From the human T2T-CHM13v2.0 reference genome, Homo sapiens: a stretch of 64,000 bases of DNA. Where the stretch lies: the NCBI RefSeq assembly GCF_009914755.1, contig NC_060938.1. One strand, 5' to 3'. The notes beneath the pieces were generated by a model that was not told the DNA's origin, did no database searches, and saw nothing but the letters and a program-made list of their open reading frames with translations. Shown piece after piece: positions 11,701 through 24,400 of this stretch. The position numbers were made by a program, and so were the translations under genes. Each line of letters begins with the position of its first letter. The stretch's first letter is position 1.

Positions 11701-14700
11701 CCTGCTCTATGAAAGGCAATGTTCAACTCTGTGACTTGAATGCAGACATCTCAGAGCAGTTTCTGAGAATGCTTCTGTCTAGATTTTATAGGAAGATATT
11801 CCCGTTTCCAACGAAATCTTCACAGCTATCCAAATATCCACTTGCAGATTCTACAAAAAGAGTGTATCAAAACTGCACTGTCAAAAGGAAGGTTCTTCTC
11901 TGTTAGGTGAGTGCATACGTCATAAAGGAGTTTCTGAGAATGTTTCTGTCTAGTGGTTATGGGAAGATATTTGCTTTTTCACCGTAGGCCTCAGAGCGCT
12001 CCAAATATCCACTTGCACATACTACAAAAAGAGTGCTTCAAAGCTGGTCTCTGAAACGGAATGTTCAACTCTATGAGTTGAATGCAAACATCACAAAGAC
12101 GTTTCTGAGAATGCTTCTGTCTAGATTTGATATGAAGATATTCCCGTTTCCAACGAAATCTTCAAATCTATCCAAATGTCCACTTGCAGATTCAACAAAA
12201 AGTGTTTTTCAGAACTGCTCTATCAAAAGAAAGATCCACCTCTGTTAGCTGAGTTCACACATCACAAACAAGTTTATGAGAATGCTTCTGTCTAGTTTTT
12301 ATTTGAAGATATTTCCTTTCTCACCATAGAGCTGAAAGCTGTCCTAATGTTCACTTCCAGATACTACAGAAAGAGTGTTTCAAAACTGCTGTACGAAAGG
12401 GAATGTTCAACTCTGTGACTTGAATGCACACATCACAAAGAAGTTTCTGAGGATGCTGCTGTCTACTTTTTATACGTAATCCCGTTTCCAACGAAATCCT
12501 CGAAGCTATCCAAATATCCACTTGCAGATTCCACAGAAAGGCTGTTTCAAAACTGCTCTGTCAATAGAAAGGTTCAACTCTGTTAGCTGCGTGCATATAT
12601 CCCAAAGAAGATTCTGAGATTGCTTCTGTCTAGTTTTTATGGGAAGATATTTCCCTTTTCACCGTAGGTGTCAAGGCGCTCCAAATGTCCACTTCCAGAT
12701 ACTACAAAAAGAGTGTTTCAAACCTACTCTGTGAAAGGGAATATTCAACTCTGTGACTTGAATGCACATATCACAAAGAAGTTTCTGAAAATGCTTCTGT
12801 CGAGATTTTATATGAAGATATTCCCGTTTCCAACGAAATCCTGAAATGTATCCAAATATCCCCTCGCAGATTCTACAAAAAGAGTGTTTCAAAACTGCTC
12901 TGTAAAAAGAAAGGTTCAACTCTGTTAGTTGAGTACACACATCAGAAATAAGTTTCACACAATGCTTCTTTCTAGCTTGTAGGGGAAGATATTCCCTTTA
13001 TCACCATGGGCCTCAAACCGTCTGAAACGTCCACTTCCATATATTACAAAAAGAGCATTTCAAACCTGCTCTATGAAAGGCAATGTTCAACTCTGTGACT
13101 TGAATGCAGACATCACAGAGCAGTTTCTGAGAATGCTTCTGTCTAGATTTTATAGGAAGATATTCCCGTTTCCAACGAAATCTTCACAGCTATCCAAATA
13201 TCCACTTGCAGATTCTACAAAAAGAGTGTATCAAAACTGCTCTGTCAAAAGGAAGGTTCTTCTCTGTTAGGTGAGTGCATACGTCATAAAGGAGTTTCTG
13301 AGAATGTTTCTGTCTAGTGGTTATGGGAAGATATTTGCTTTTTCCCCGTAGGCCTCAGGGCGCTCCAAATGTCCACTTGCACATGCTACAAAAAGAGTGC
13401 TTCAAAGCTGCTCTCTGAAAGGGAATGTTCAACTCTATGAGTTGAATGCAAACATCACAAAGACGTTTCTGAGAATGCTTCTGTCTAGATTTGATATGAA
13501 GATATTCCCGTTTCCAACGAAATCTTCAAATCTATCCAAATGTCCACTTGCAGATTCAACAAAAAGTGTTTTTCAGAACTGCTCTATCAAAAGAAAGATC
13601 CACCTCTGTTAGCTGAGTTCAGACATCACAAACAAGTTTATGAGAATGCTTCTGTCTAGTTTTTATTTGAAGATATTTCCTTTCTCACCATAGACCTGAA
13701 AGCTGTCCTAATGTTCACTTCCAGTTACTACAGAAAGAGTGTTTCAAAACTGCTGTACGAAAGGGAATGTTCAACTCTGTGACTTGAATGCACACATCAC
13801 AAAGAAGTTTCTGAGGATGCTGCTGTCTACTTTTTATACTTAATCCCGTTTCCAACGAAATCCTCCAAGCTATCCAAATATCCACTTGCAGATTCCACAG
13901 AAAGACTGTTTCAAAACTGCTCTGTCAATAGAAAGGTTCAACTCTGTTAGCTGCGTGCATATATCCCAAAGAAGATTCTGAGATTGCTTCTGTCTAGTTT
14001 TTATGGGAAGATATTTCCCTTTTCACCGTAGGCGTCAAGGCGCTCCAAATGTCCACTTCCAGATACTACAAAAAGAGTGTTTCAAACCTACTCTGTGAAA
14101 GGGAATATTCAACTCTGTGACTTGAATGCACATATCACAAGGAAGTTTCTGAGAATGCTTCTGTCGAGATTTTATATGAAGATATTCTCGTTTACAACGA
14201 AATCCTGAAATCTATCCAAATATCCCCTCGCAGATTCTACAAAAAGAGTGTTTCAAAACTGCTCTGTAAAAAGAAAGGTTCAACTCTGTTAGTTGAGTAC
14301 ACACATCACAAACAAGTTTCACAGAATGCTTCTTTCTAGCTTGTAGGGGAAGATATGCCCTTTATCACCATGGGCCTCCAACCGTCCGAAACATCCACTT
14401 TCATATACTACAAAAAGAGCGTTTCAAACCTGCTCTATGAAAGGCAATGTTCAACTCTGTGACTTGAATGCAGACATCACAGAGCAGTTTCTGAGAATGC
14501 TTCTGTCTAGATTTTATAGGAAGATATTCCCGTTTCCAACGAAATCTTCACAGCTATCAAAATATCCACTTGCAGATTCTACAAAAAGAGTGTATCAAAA
14601 CTGCTCTGTCAAAAGGAAGGTTCTTCTCTGTTAGGTGAGTGCATACGTCATAAAGGAGTTTCTGAGAATGTTTCTGTCTAGTGGTTATGGGAAGATATTT

Positions 14701-15429
14701 GCTTTTTCACCGTAGGCCACAGAGCGCTCCAAATATCCACTTGCACATACTACAAAAAGAGTGCTTCAAAGCTGGTCTCTGAAAGGGAATGTTCAACTCT
14801 ATGAGTTGAATGCAAACATCACAAAGACGTTTCTGAGAATGCTTCTGTCTAGATTTGATATGAAGATATTCCCGTTTCCAACGAAATCTTCAAATCTATC
14901 CAAATGTCCACTTGCAGATTCAACAAAAAGTGTTTTTCAGAACTGCTCTATCAAAAGAAAGATCCACCTCTGTTAGCTGAGTTCACACATCACAAACAAG
15001 TTTATGAGAATGCTTCTGTCTAGTTTTTATTTGAAGATATTTCCTTTCTCACCATAGAGCTGAAAGCTGTCCTAATGTTCACTTCCAGATACTACAGAAA
15101 GAGTGTTTCAAAACTGCTGTACGAAAGGGAATGTTCAACTCTGTGACTTGAATGCACACATCACAAAGAAGTTTCTGAGGATGCTGCTGTCTACTTTTTA
15201 TACGTAATCCCGTTTCCAACGAAATCCTCCAAGCTATCGAAATATCCACTTGCAGATTCCACAGAAAGACTGTTTCAAAACTGCTCTGTCAATAGAAAGG
15301 TTCAACTCTGTTAGCTGCGTGCATATATCCCAAAGAAGATTCTGAGATTGCTTCCGTCTAGTTTTTATGGGAAGATATTTCCCTTTTCACCGTAGGTGTC
15401 AAGGCGCTCCAAATGTCCACTTCCAGATA

Positions 15430-18400
15430 CTACAAAAAGAGTGTTTCAAACCTACTCTGTGAAAGGGAATATTCAACTCTGTGACTTGAATGCACATATC
15501 ACAAAGAAGTTTCTGAGAATGCTTCTGTCGAGATTTTATATGAAGATATTCCCGTTTCCAACGAAATCCTGAAATGTATCCAAATATCCCCTCGCAGATT
15601 CTACAAAAAGAGTGTTTCAAAACTGCTCTGTAAAAAGAAAGGTTCAACTCTGTTAGTTGAGTACACACATCACAAATAAGTTTCACACAATGCTTCTTTC
15701 TAGCTTGTAGGGGAAGATATTCCCTTTATCACCATGGGCCTCAAACCGTCTGAAACGTCCACTTCCATATACTACAAAAAGAGCATTTCAAACCTGCTCT
15801 ATGAAAGGCAATGTTCAACTCTGTGACTTGAATGCACACATCACAGAGCAGTTTCTGAGAATGCTTCTGTCTAGATTTTATAGGAAGATATTCCCGTTTC
15901 CAACGAAATCTTCACAGCTATCCAAATATCCACTTGCAGATTCTACAAAAAGAGTGTATCAAAACTGCTCTGTCAAAAGGAAGGTTCTTCTCTGTTAGGT
16001 GAGTGCATACGTCATAAAGGAGTTTCTGAGAATGTTTCTGTCTAGTGGTTATGGGAAGATATTTGCTTTTTCCCCGTAGGCCTCAGGGCGCTCCAAATGT
16101 CCACTTGCACATGCTACAAAAAGAGTGCTTCAAAGCTGCTCTCTGAAAGGGAATGTTCAACTCTATGAGTTGAATGCAAACATCGCAAAGACGTTTCTGA
16201 GAATGCTTCTGTCTAGATTTGATATGAAGATATTCCCGTTTCCAACGAAATCTTCAAATCTATCCAAATGTCCACTTGCAGATTCAACAGAAAGTGTTTT
16301 TCAGAACTGCTCTATCAAAAGAAAGATCCACCTCTGTTAGCTGAGTTCACACATCACAAACAAGTTTATGAGAATGCTTCTGTCTAGTTTTTATTTGAAG
16401 ATATTTCCTTTCTCACCATAGACCTGAAAGCTGTCCTAATGTTCACTTCCAGTTACTACAGAAAGAGTGTTTCAAAACTGCTGTACGAAAGGGAATGTTC
16501 AACTCTGTGACTTGAATGCACACATCACAAAGAAGTTTCTGAGGATGCTGCTGTCTACTTTTTATACTTAATCCCGTTTCCAACGAAATCCTCCAAGCTA
16601 TCCAAATATCCACTTGCAGATTCCACAGAAAGACTGTTTCAAAACTGCTCTGTCAATAGAAAGGTTCAACTCTGTTAGCTGCGTGCATATATCCCAAAGA
16701 AGATTCTGAGATTGCTTCTGTCTAGTTTTTATGGGAAGATATTTCCCTTTTCACCGTAGGCGTCAAGGCGCTCCAAATGTCCACTTCCAGATACTACAAA
16801 AAGAGTGTTTCAAACCTACTCTGTGAAAGGGAATATTCAACTCTGTGACTTGAATGCACATATCACAAGGAAGTTTCTGAGAATGCTTCTGTCGAGATTT
16901 TATATGAAGATATTCCCGTTTCCAACGAAATCCTGAAATCTATCCAAATATCCCCTCGCAGATTCTACAAAAAGAGTGTTTCAAAACTGCTCTGTAAAAA
17001 GAAAAGTTCAACTCTGTTAGTTGACTACACACATCACAAACAAGTTTCACAGAATGCTTCTTTCTAGCTTGTAGGGGAAGATATTCCCTTTATCACCATG
17101 GGCCTCCAACCGTCCGAAACATCCACTTCCATATACTACAAAAAGAGCGTTTCAAACCTGCTCTATGAAAGGCAATGTTCAACTCTGTGACTTGAATGCA
17201 GACATCACAGAGCAGTTTCTGAGAATGCTTCTGTCTAGATTTTATAGGAAGATATTCCCGTTTCCAACGAAATCTTCACAGCTATCCAAATATCCACTTG
17301 CAGATTCTACAAAAAGAGTGTATCAAAACTGCTCTGTCAAAAGGAAGGTTCTTCTCTGTTAGGTGAGTGCATACGTCATAAAGGAGTTTCTGAGAATGTT
17401 TCTGTCTAGTGGTTATGGGAAGATATTTGCTTTTTCACCGTAGGCCTCAGAGCGCTCCAAATATCCACTTGCACATACTACAAAAAGAGTGCTTCAAAGC
17501 TGGTCTCTGAAACGGAATGTTCAACTCTATGAGTTGAATGCAAACATCACAAAGACGTTTCTGAGAATGCTTCTGTCTAGATTTGATATGAAGATATTCC
17601 CGTTTCCAACGAAATCTTCAAATCTATCCAAATGTCCACTTGCAGATTCAACAAAAAGTGTTTTTCAGAACTGCTCTATCAAAAGAAAGATCCACCTCTG
17701 TTAGCTGAGTTCACACATCACAAACAAGTTTATGAGAATGCTTCTGTCTAGTTTTTATTTGAAGATATTTCCTTTCTCACCATAGAGCTGAAAGCTGTCC
17801 TAATGTTCACTTCCAGATACTACAGAAAGAGTGTTTCAAAACTGCTGTACGAAAGGGAATGTTCAACTCTGTGACTTGAATGCACACATCACAAAGAAGT
17901 TTCTGAGGATGCTGCTGTCTACTTTTTATACGTAATCCCGTTTCCAACGAAATCCTCCAAGCTCTCCAAATATCCACTTGCAGATTCCACAGAAAGACTG
18001 TTTCAAAACTGCTCTGTCAATAGAAAGGTTCAACTCTGTTAGCTGCGTGCATATATCCCAAAGAAGATTCTGAGATTGCTTCTGTCTAGTTTTTATGGGA
18101 AGATATATCCCTTTTCACCGTAGGTGTCAAGGCGCTCCAAATGTCCACTTCCAGATACTACAAAAAGAGTGTTTCAAACCTACTCTGTGAAAGGGAATAT
18201 TCAACTCTGTGACTTGAATGCACATATCACAAAGAAGTTTCTGAGAATGCTTCTGTCGAGATTTTATATGAAGATATTCCCGTTTCCAACGAAATCCTGA
18301 AATCTATCCAAATATCCCCTCGCAGATTCTACAAAAAGAGTGTATCAAAACTGCTCTGTAAAAAGAAAGGTTCAACTCTGTTAGTTGAGTACACACATCA

Positions 18401-21400
18401 CAAACAAGTTTCACACAATGCTTCTTTCTAGCTTGTAGGGGAAGATATTCCCTTTATCACCATGGGCCTCAAACCGTCTGAAACGTCCACTTCCATATAC
18501 TACAAAAAGAGCATTTCAAACCTGCTCTATGAAAGGCAATGTTCAACTCTGTGACTTGAATGCAGACATCACAGAGCAGTTTCTGAGAATGCTTCTGTCT
18601 AGATTTTATAGGAAGATATTCCCGTTTCCAACGAAATCTTCACAGCTATCCAAATATCCACTTGCAGATTCTACAAAAAGAGTGTATCAAAACTGCTCTG
18701 TCAAAAGGAAGGTTCTTCTCTGTTAGGTGAGTGCATACGTCATAAAGGAGTTTCTGAGAATGTTTCTGTCTAGTGGTTATGGGAAGATATTTGCTTTTTC
18801 CCCGTAGGCCTCAGGGCGCTCCAAATGTCCACTTGCACATGCTACAAAAAGAGTGCTTCAAAGCTGCTCTCTCAAAGGGAATGTTCAACTCTATGAGTTG
18901 AATGCAAACATCACAAAGACGTTTCTGTGAATGCTTCTGTCTAGATTTGATATGAAGATATTCCCGTTTCCAACGAAATCTTCAAATCTATCCAAATGTC
19001 CACTTGCAGATTCAACAAAAAGTGTTTTTCAGAACTGCTCTATCAAAAGAAAGATCCACCTCTGTTAGCTGAGTTCAGACATCACAAACAAGTTTATGAG
19101 AATGCTTCTGTCTAGTTTTTATTTGAAGATATTTCCTTTCTCACCATAGACCTGAAAGCTGTCCTAATGTTCACTTCCAGTTACTACAGAAAGAGTGTTT
19201 CAAAACTGCTGTACGAAAGGGAATGTTCAACTCTGTGACTTGAATGCACACATCACAAAGAAGTTTCTGAGGATGCTGCTGTCTACTTTTTATACTTAAT
19301 CCCGTTTCCAACGAAATCCTCCAAGCTATCCAAATATCCACTTGCAGATTCCACAGAAAGACTGTTTCAAAACTGCTCTGTCAATAGAAAGGTTCAACTC
19401 TGTTAGCTGCGTGCATATATCCCAAAGAAGATTCTGAGATTGCTTCTGTCTAGTTTTTATGGGAAGATATTTCCCTTTTCACCGTAGGCGTCAAGGCGCT
19501 CCAAATGTCCACTTCCAGATACTACAAAAAGAGTGTTTCAAACCTACTCTGTGAAAGGGAATATTCAACTCTGTGACTTGAATGCACATATCACAAGGAA
19601 GTTTCTGAGAATGCTTCTGTCGAGATTTTATATGAAGATATTCCCGTTTCCAACGAAATCCTGAAATCTATCCAAATATCCCCTCGCAGATTCCACAAAA
19701 AGAGTGTTTCAAAACTGCTCTGTAAAAAGAAAAGTTCAACTCTGTTAGTTGACTACACACATCACAAACAAGTTTCACAGAATGCTTCTTTCTAGCTTGT
19801 AGGGGAAGATATTCCCTTTATCACCATGGGCCTCCAACCGTCCGAAACATCCACTTCCATATACTACAAAAAGAGCGTTTCAAACCTGCTCTATGAAAGG
19901 CAATGTTCAACTCTGTGACTTGAATGCAGACATCACAGAGCAGTTTCTGAGAATGCTTCTGTCTAGATTTTATAGGAAGATATTCCCGTTTCCAACGAAA
20001 TCTTCACAGCTATCCAAATATCCACTTGCAGATTCTACAAAAAGAGTGTATCAAAACTGCTCTGTCAAAAGGAAGGTTCTTCTCTGTTAGGTGAGTGCAT
20101 ACGTCATAAAGGAGTTTCTGAGAATGTTTCTGTCTAGTGGTTATGGGAAGATATTTGCTTTTTCACCGTAGGCCTCAGAGCGCTCCAAATATCCACTTGC
20201 ACATACTACAAAAAGAGTGCTTCAAAGCTGGTCTCTGAAACGGAATGTTCAACTCTATGAGTTGAATGCAAACATCACAAAGACGTTTCTGAGAATGCTT
20301 CTGTCTAGATTTGATATGAAGATATTCCCGTTTCCAACGAAATCTTCAAATCTATCCAAATGTCCACTTGCAGATTCAACAAAAAGTGTTTTTCAGAACT
20401 GCTCTATCAAAAGAAAGATCCACCTCTGTTAGCTGAGTTCACACATCACAAACAAGTTTATGAGAATGCTTCTGTCTAGTTTTTATTTGAAGATATTTCC
20501 TTTCTCACCATAGAGCTGAAAGCTGTCCTAATGTTCACTTCCAGATACTACAGAAAGAGTGTTTCAAAACTGCTGTACGAAAGGGAATGTTCAACTCTGT
20601 GACTTGAATGCACACATCACAAAGAAGTTTCTGAGGATGCTGCTGTCTACTTTTTATACGTAATCCCGTTTCCAACGAAATCCTCCAAGCTCTCCAAATA
20701 TCCACTTGCAGATTCCACAGAAAGACTGTTTCAAAACTGCTCTGTCAATAGAAAGGTTCAACTCTGTTAGCTGCGTGCATATATCCCAAAGAAGATTCTG
20801 AGATTGCTTCTGTCTAGTTTTTATGGGAAGATATATCCCTTTTCACCGTAGGTGTCAAGGCGCTCCAAATGTCCACTTCCAGATACTACAAAAAGAGTGT
20901 TTCAAACCTACTCTGTGAAAGGGAATATTCAACTCTGTGACTTGAATGCACATATCACAAAGAAGTTTCTGAGAATGCTTCTGTCGAGATTTTATATGAA
21001 GATATTCCCGTTTCCAACGAAATCCTGAAATCTATCCAAATATCCCCTCGCAGATTCTACAAAAAGAGTGTATCAAAACTGCTCTGTAAAAAGAAAGGTT
21101 CAACTCTGTTAGTTGAGTACACACATCACAAACAAGTTTCACACAATGCTTCTTTCTAGCTTGTAGGGGAAGATATTCCCTTTATCACCATGGGCCTCAA
21201 ACCGTCTGAAACGTCCACTTCCATATACTACAAAAAGAGCATTTCAAACCTGCTCTATGAAAGGCAATGTTCAACTCTGTGACTTGAATGCAGACATCAC
21301 AGAGCAGTTTCTGAGAATGCTTCTGTCTAGATTTTATAGGAAGATATTCCCGTTTCCAACGAAATCTTCACAGCTATCCAAATATCCACTTGCAGATTCT

Positions 21401-24400
21401 ACAAAAAGAGTGTATCAAAACTGCTCTGTCAAAAGGAAGGTTCTTCTCTGTTAGGTGAGTGCATACGTCATAAAGGAGTTTCTGAGAATGTTTCTGTCTA
21501 GTGGTTATGGGAAGATATTTGCTTTTTCCCCGTAGGCCTCAGGGCGCTCCAAATGTCCACTTGCACATGCTACAAAAAGAGTGCTTCAAAGCTGCTCTCT
21601 CAAAGGGAATGTTCAACTCTATGAGTTGAATGCAAACATCACAAAGACGTTTCTGTGAATGCTTCTGTCTAGATTTGATATGAAGATATTCCCGTTTCCA
21701 ACGAAATCTTCAAATCTATCCAAATGTCCACTTGCAGATTCAACAAAAAGTGTTTTTCAGAACTGCTCTATCAAAAGAAAGATCCACCTCTGTTAGCTGA
21801 GTTCAGACATCACAAACAAGTTTATGAGAATGCTTCTGTCTAGTTTTTATTTGAAGATATTTCCTTTCTCACCATAGACCTGAAAGCTGTCCTAATGTTC
21901 ACTTCCAGTTACTACAGAAAGAGTGTTTCAAAACTGCTGTACGAAAGGGAATGTTCAACTCTGTGACTTGAATGCACACATCACAAAGAAGTTTCTGAGG
22001 ATGCTGCTGTCTACTTTTTATACTTAATCCCGTTTCCAACGAAATCCTCCAAGCTATCCAAATATCCACTTGCAGATTCCACAGAAAGACTGTTTCAAAA
22101 CTGCTCTGTCAATAGAAAGGTTCAACTCTGTTAGCTGCGTGCATATATCCCAAAGAAGATTCTGAGATTGCTTCTGTCTAGTTTTTATGGGAAGATATTT
22201 CCCTTTTCACCGTAGGCGTCAAGGCGCTCCAAATGTCCACTTCCAGATACTACAAAAACAGTGTTTCAAACCTACTCTGTGAAAGGGAATATTCAACTCT
22301 GTGACTTGAATGCACATATCACAAGGAAGTTTCTGAGAATTCTTCTGTCGAGATTTTATATGAAGATATTCCCGTTTCCAACGAAATCCTGAAATCTATC
22401 CAAATATCCCCTCGCAGATTCTACAAAAAGAGTGTTTCAAAACTGCTCTGTAAAAAGAAACGTTCAACTCTGTTAGTTGAGTACACACATCACAAACAAG
22501 TTTCACAGAATGCTTCTTTCTAGCTTGTAGGGGAAGATATTCCCTTTATCACCATGGGCCTCCAACCGTCCGAAACATCCACTTCCATATACTACAAAAA
22601 GAGCGTTTCAAACCTGCTCTATGAAAGGCAATGTTCAACTCTGTGACTTGAATGCAGACATCACAGAGCAGTTTCTGAGAATGCTTCTGTCTAGATTTTA
22701 TAGGAAGATATTCCCGTTTCCAACGAAATCTTCACAGCTATCCAAATATCCACTTGCAGATTCTACAAAAAGAGTGTATCAAAACTGCTCTGTCAAAAGG
22801 AAGGTTCTTCTCTGTTAGGTGAGTGCATACGTCATAAAGGAGTTTCTGAGAATGTTTCTGTCTAGTGGTTATGGGAAGATATTTGCTTTTTCACCGTAGG
22901 CCTCAGAGCGCTCCAAATATCCACTTGCACATACTACAAAAAGAGTGCTTCAAAGCTGGTCTCTGAAACGGAATGTTCAACTCTATGAGTTGAATGCAAA
23001 CATCACAAAGACGTTTCTGAGAATGCTTCTGTCTAGATTTGATATGAAGATATTCCCGTTTCCAACGAAATCTTCAAATCTATCCAAATGTCCACTTGCA
23101 GATTCAACAAAAAGTGTTTTTCAGAACTGCTCTATCAAAAGAAAGATCCACCTCTGTTAGCTGAGTTCACACATCACAAACAAGTTTATGAGAATGCTTC
23201 TGTCTAGTTTTTATTTGAAGATATTTCCTTTCTCACCATAGAGCTGAAAGCTGTCCTAATGTTCACTTCCAGATACTACAGAAAGAGTGTTTCAAAACTG
23301 CTGTACGAAAGGGAATGTTCAACTCTGTGACTTGAATGCACACATCACAAAGAAGTTTCTGAGGATGCTGCTGTCTACTTTTTATACGTAATCCCGTTTC
23401 CAACGAAATCCTCCAAGCTATCCAAATATCCACTTGCAGATTCCACAGAAAGACTGTTTCAAAACTGCTCTGTCAATAGAAAGGTTCAACTCTGTTAGCT
23501 GCGTGCATATATCCCAAAGAAGATTCTGAGATTGCTTCTGTCTAGTTTTTATGGGAAGATATTTCCCTTTTCACCGTAGGTGTCAAGGCGCTCCAAATGT
23601 CCACTTCCAGATCCTACAAAAAGAGTGTTTCAAACCTACTCTGTGAAAGGGAATATTCAACTCTGTGACTTGAATGCACATATCACAAAGAAGTTTCTGA
23701 GAATGCTTCTGTCGAGATTTTATATGAAGATATTCCCGTTTCCAACGAAATCCTGAAATGTATCCAAATATCCCCTCGCAGATTCTACAAAAAGAGTGTT
23801 TCAAAACTGCTCTGTAAAAAGAAAGGTTCAACTCTGTTAGTTGAGTACACACATCACAAATAAGTTTCACACAATGCTTCTTTCTAGCTTGTAGGGGAAG
23901 ATATTCCCTTTATCACCATGGGCCTCAAACCGTCTGAAACGTCCACTTCCATATACTACAAAAAGAGCATTTCAAACCTGCTCTATGAAAGGCAATGTTC
24001 AACTCTGTGACTTGAATGCACACATCACAGAGCAGTTTCTGAGAATGCTTCTGTCTAGATTTTATAGGAAGATATTCCCGTTTCCAACGAAATCTTCACA
24101 GCTATCCAAATATCCACTTGCAGATTCTACAAAAAGAGTGTATCAAAACTGCTCTGTCAAAAGGAAGGTTCTTCTCTGTTAGGTGAGTGCATACGTCATA
24201 AAGGAGTTTCTGAGAATGTTTCTGTCTAGTGGTTATGGGAAGATATTTGCTTTTTCCCCGTAGGCCTCAGGGCGCTCCAAATGTCCACTTGCACATGCTA
24301 CAAAAAGAGTGCTTCAAAGCTGCTCTCTGAAAGGGAATGTTCAACTCTATGAGTTGAATGCAAACATCGCAAAGACGTTTCTGAGAATGCTTCTGTCTAG

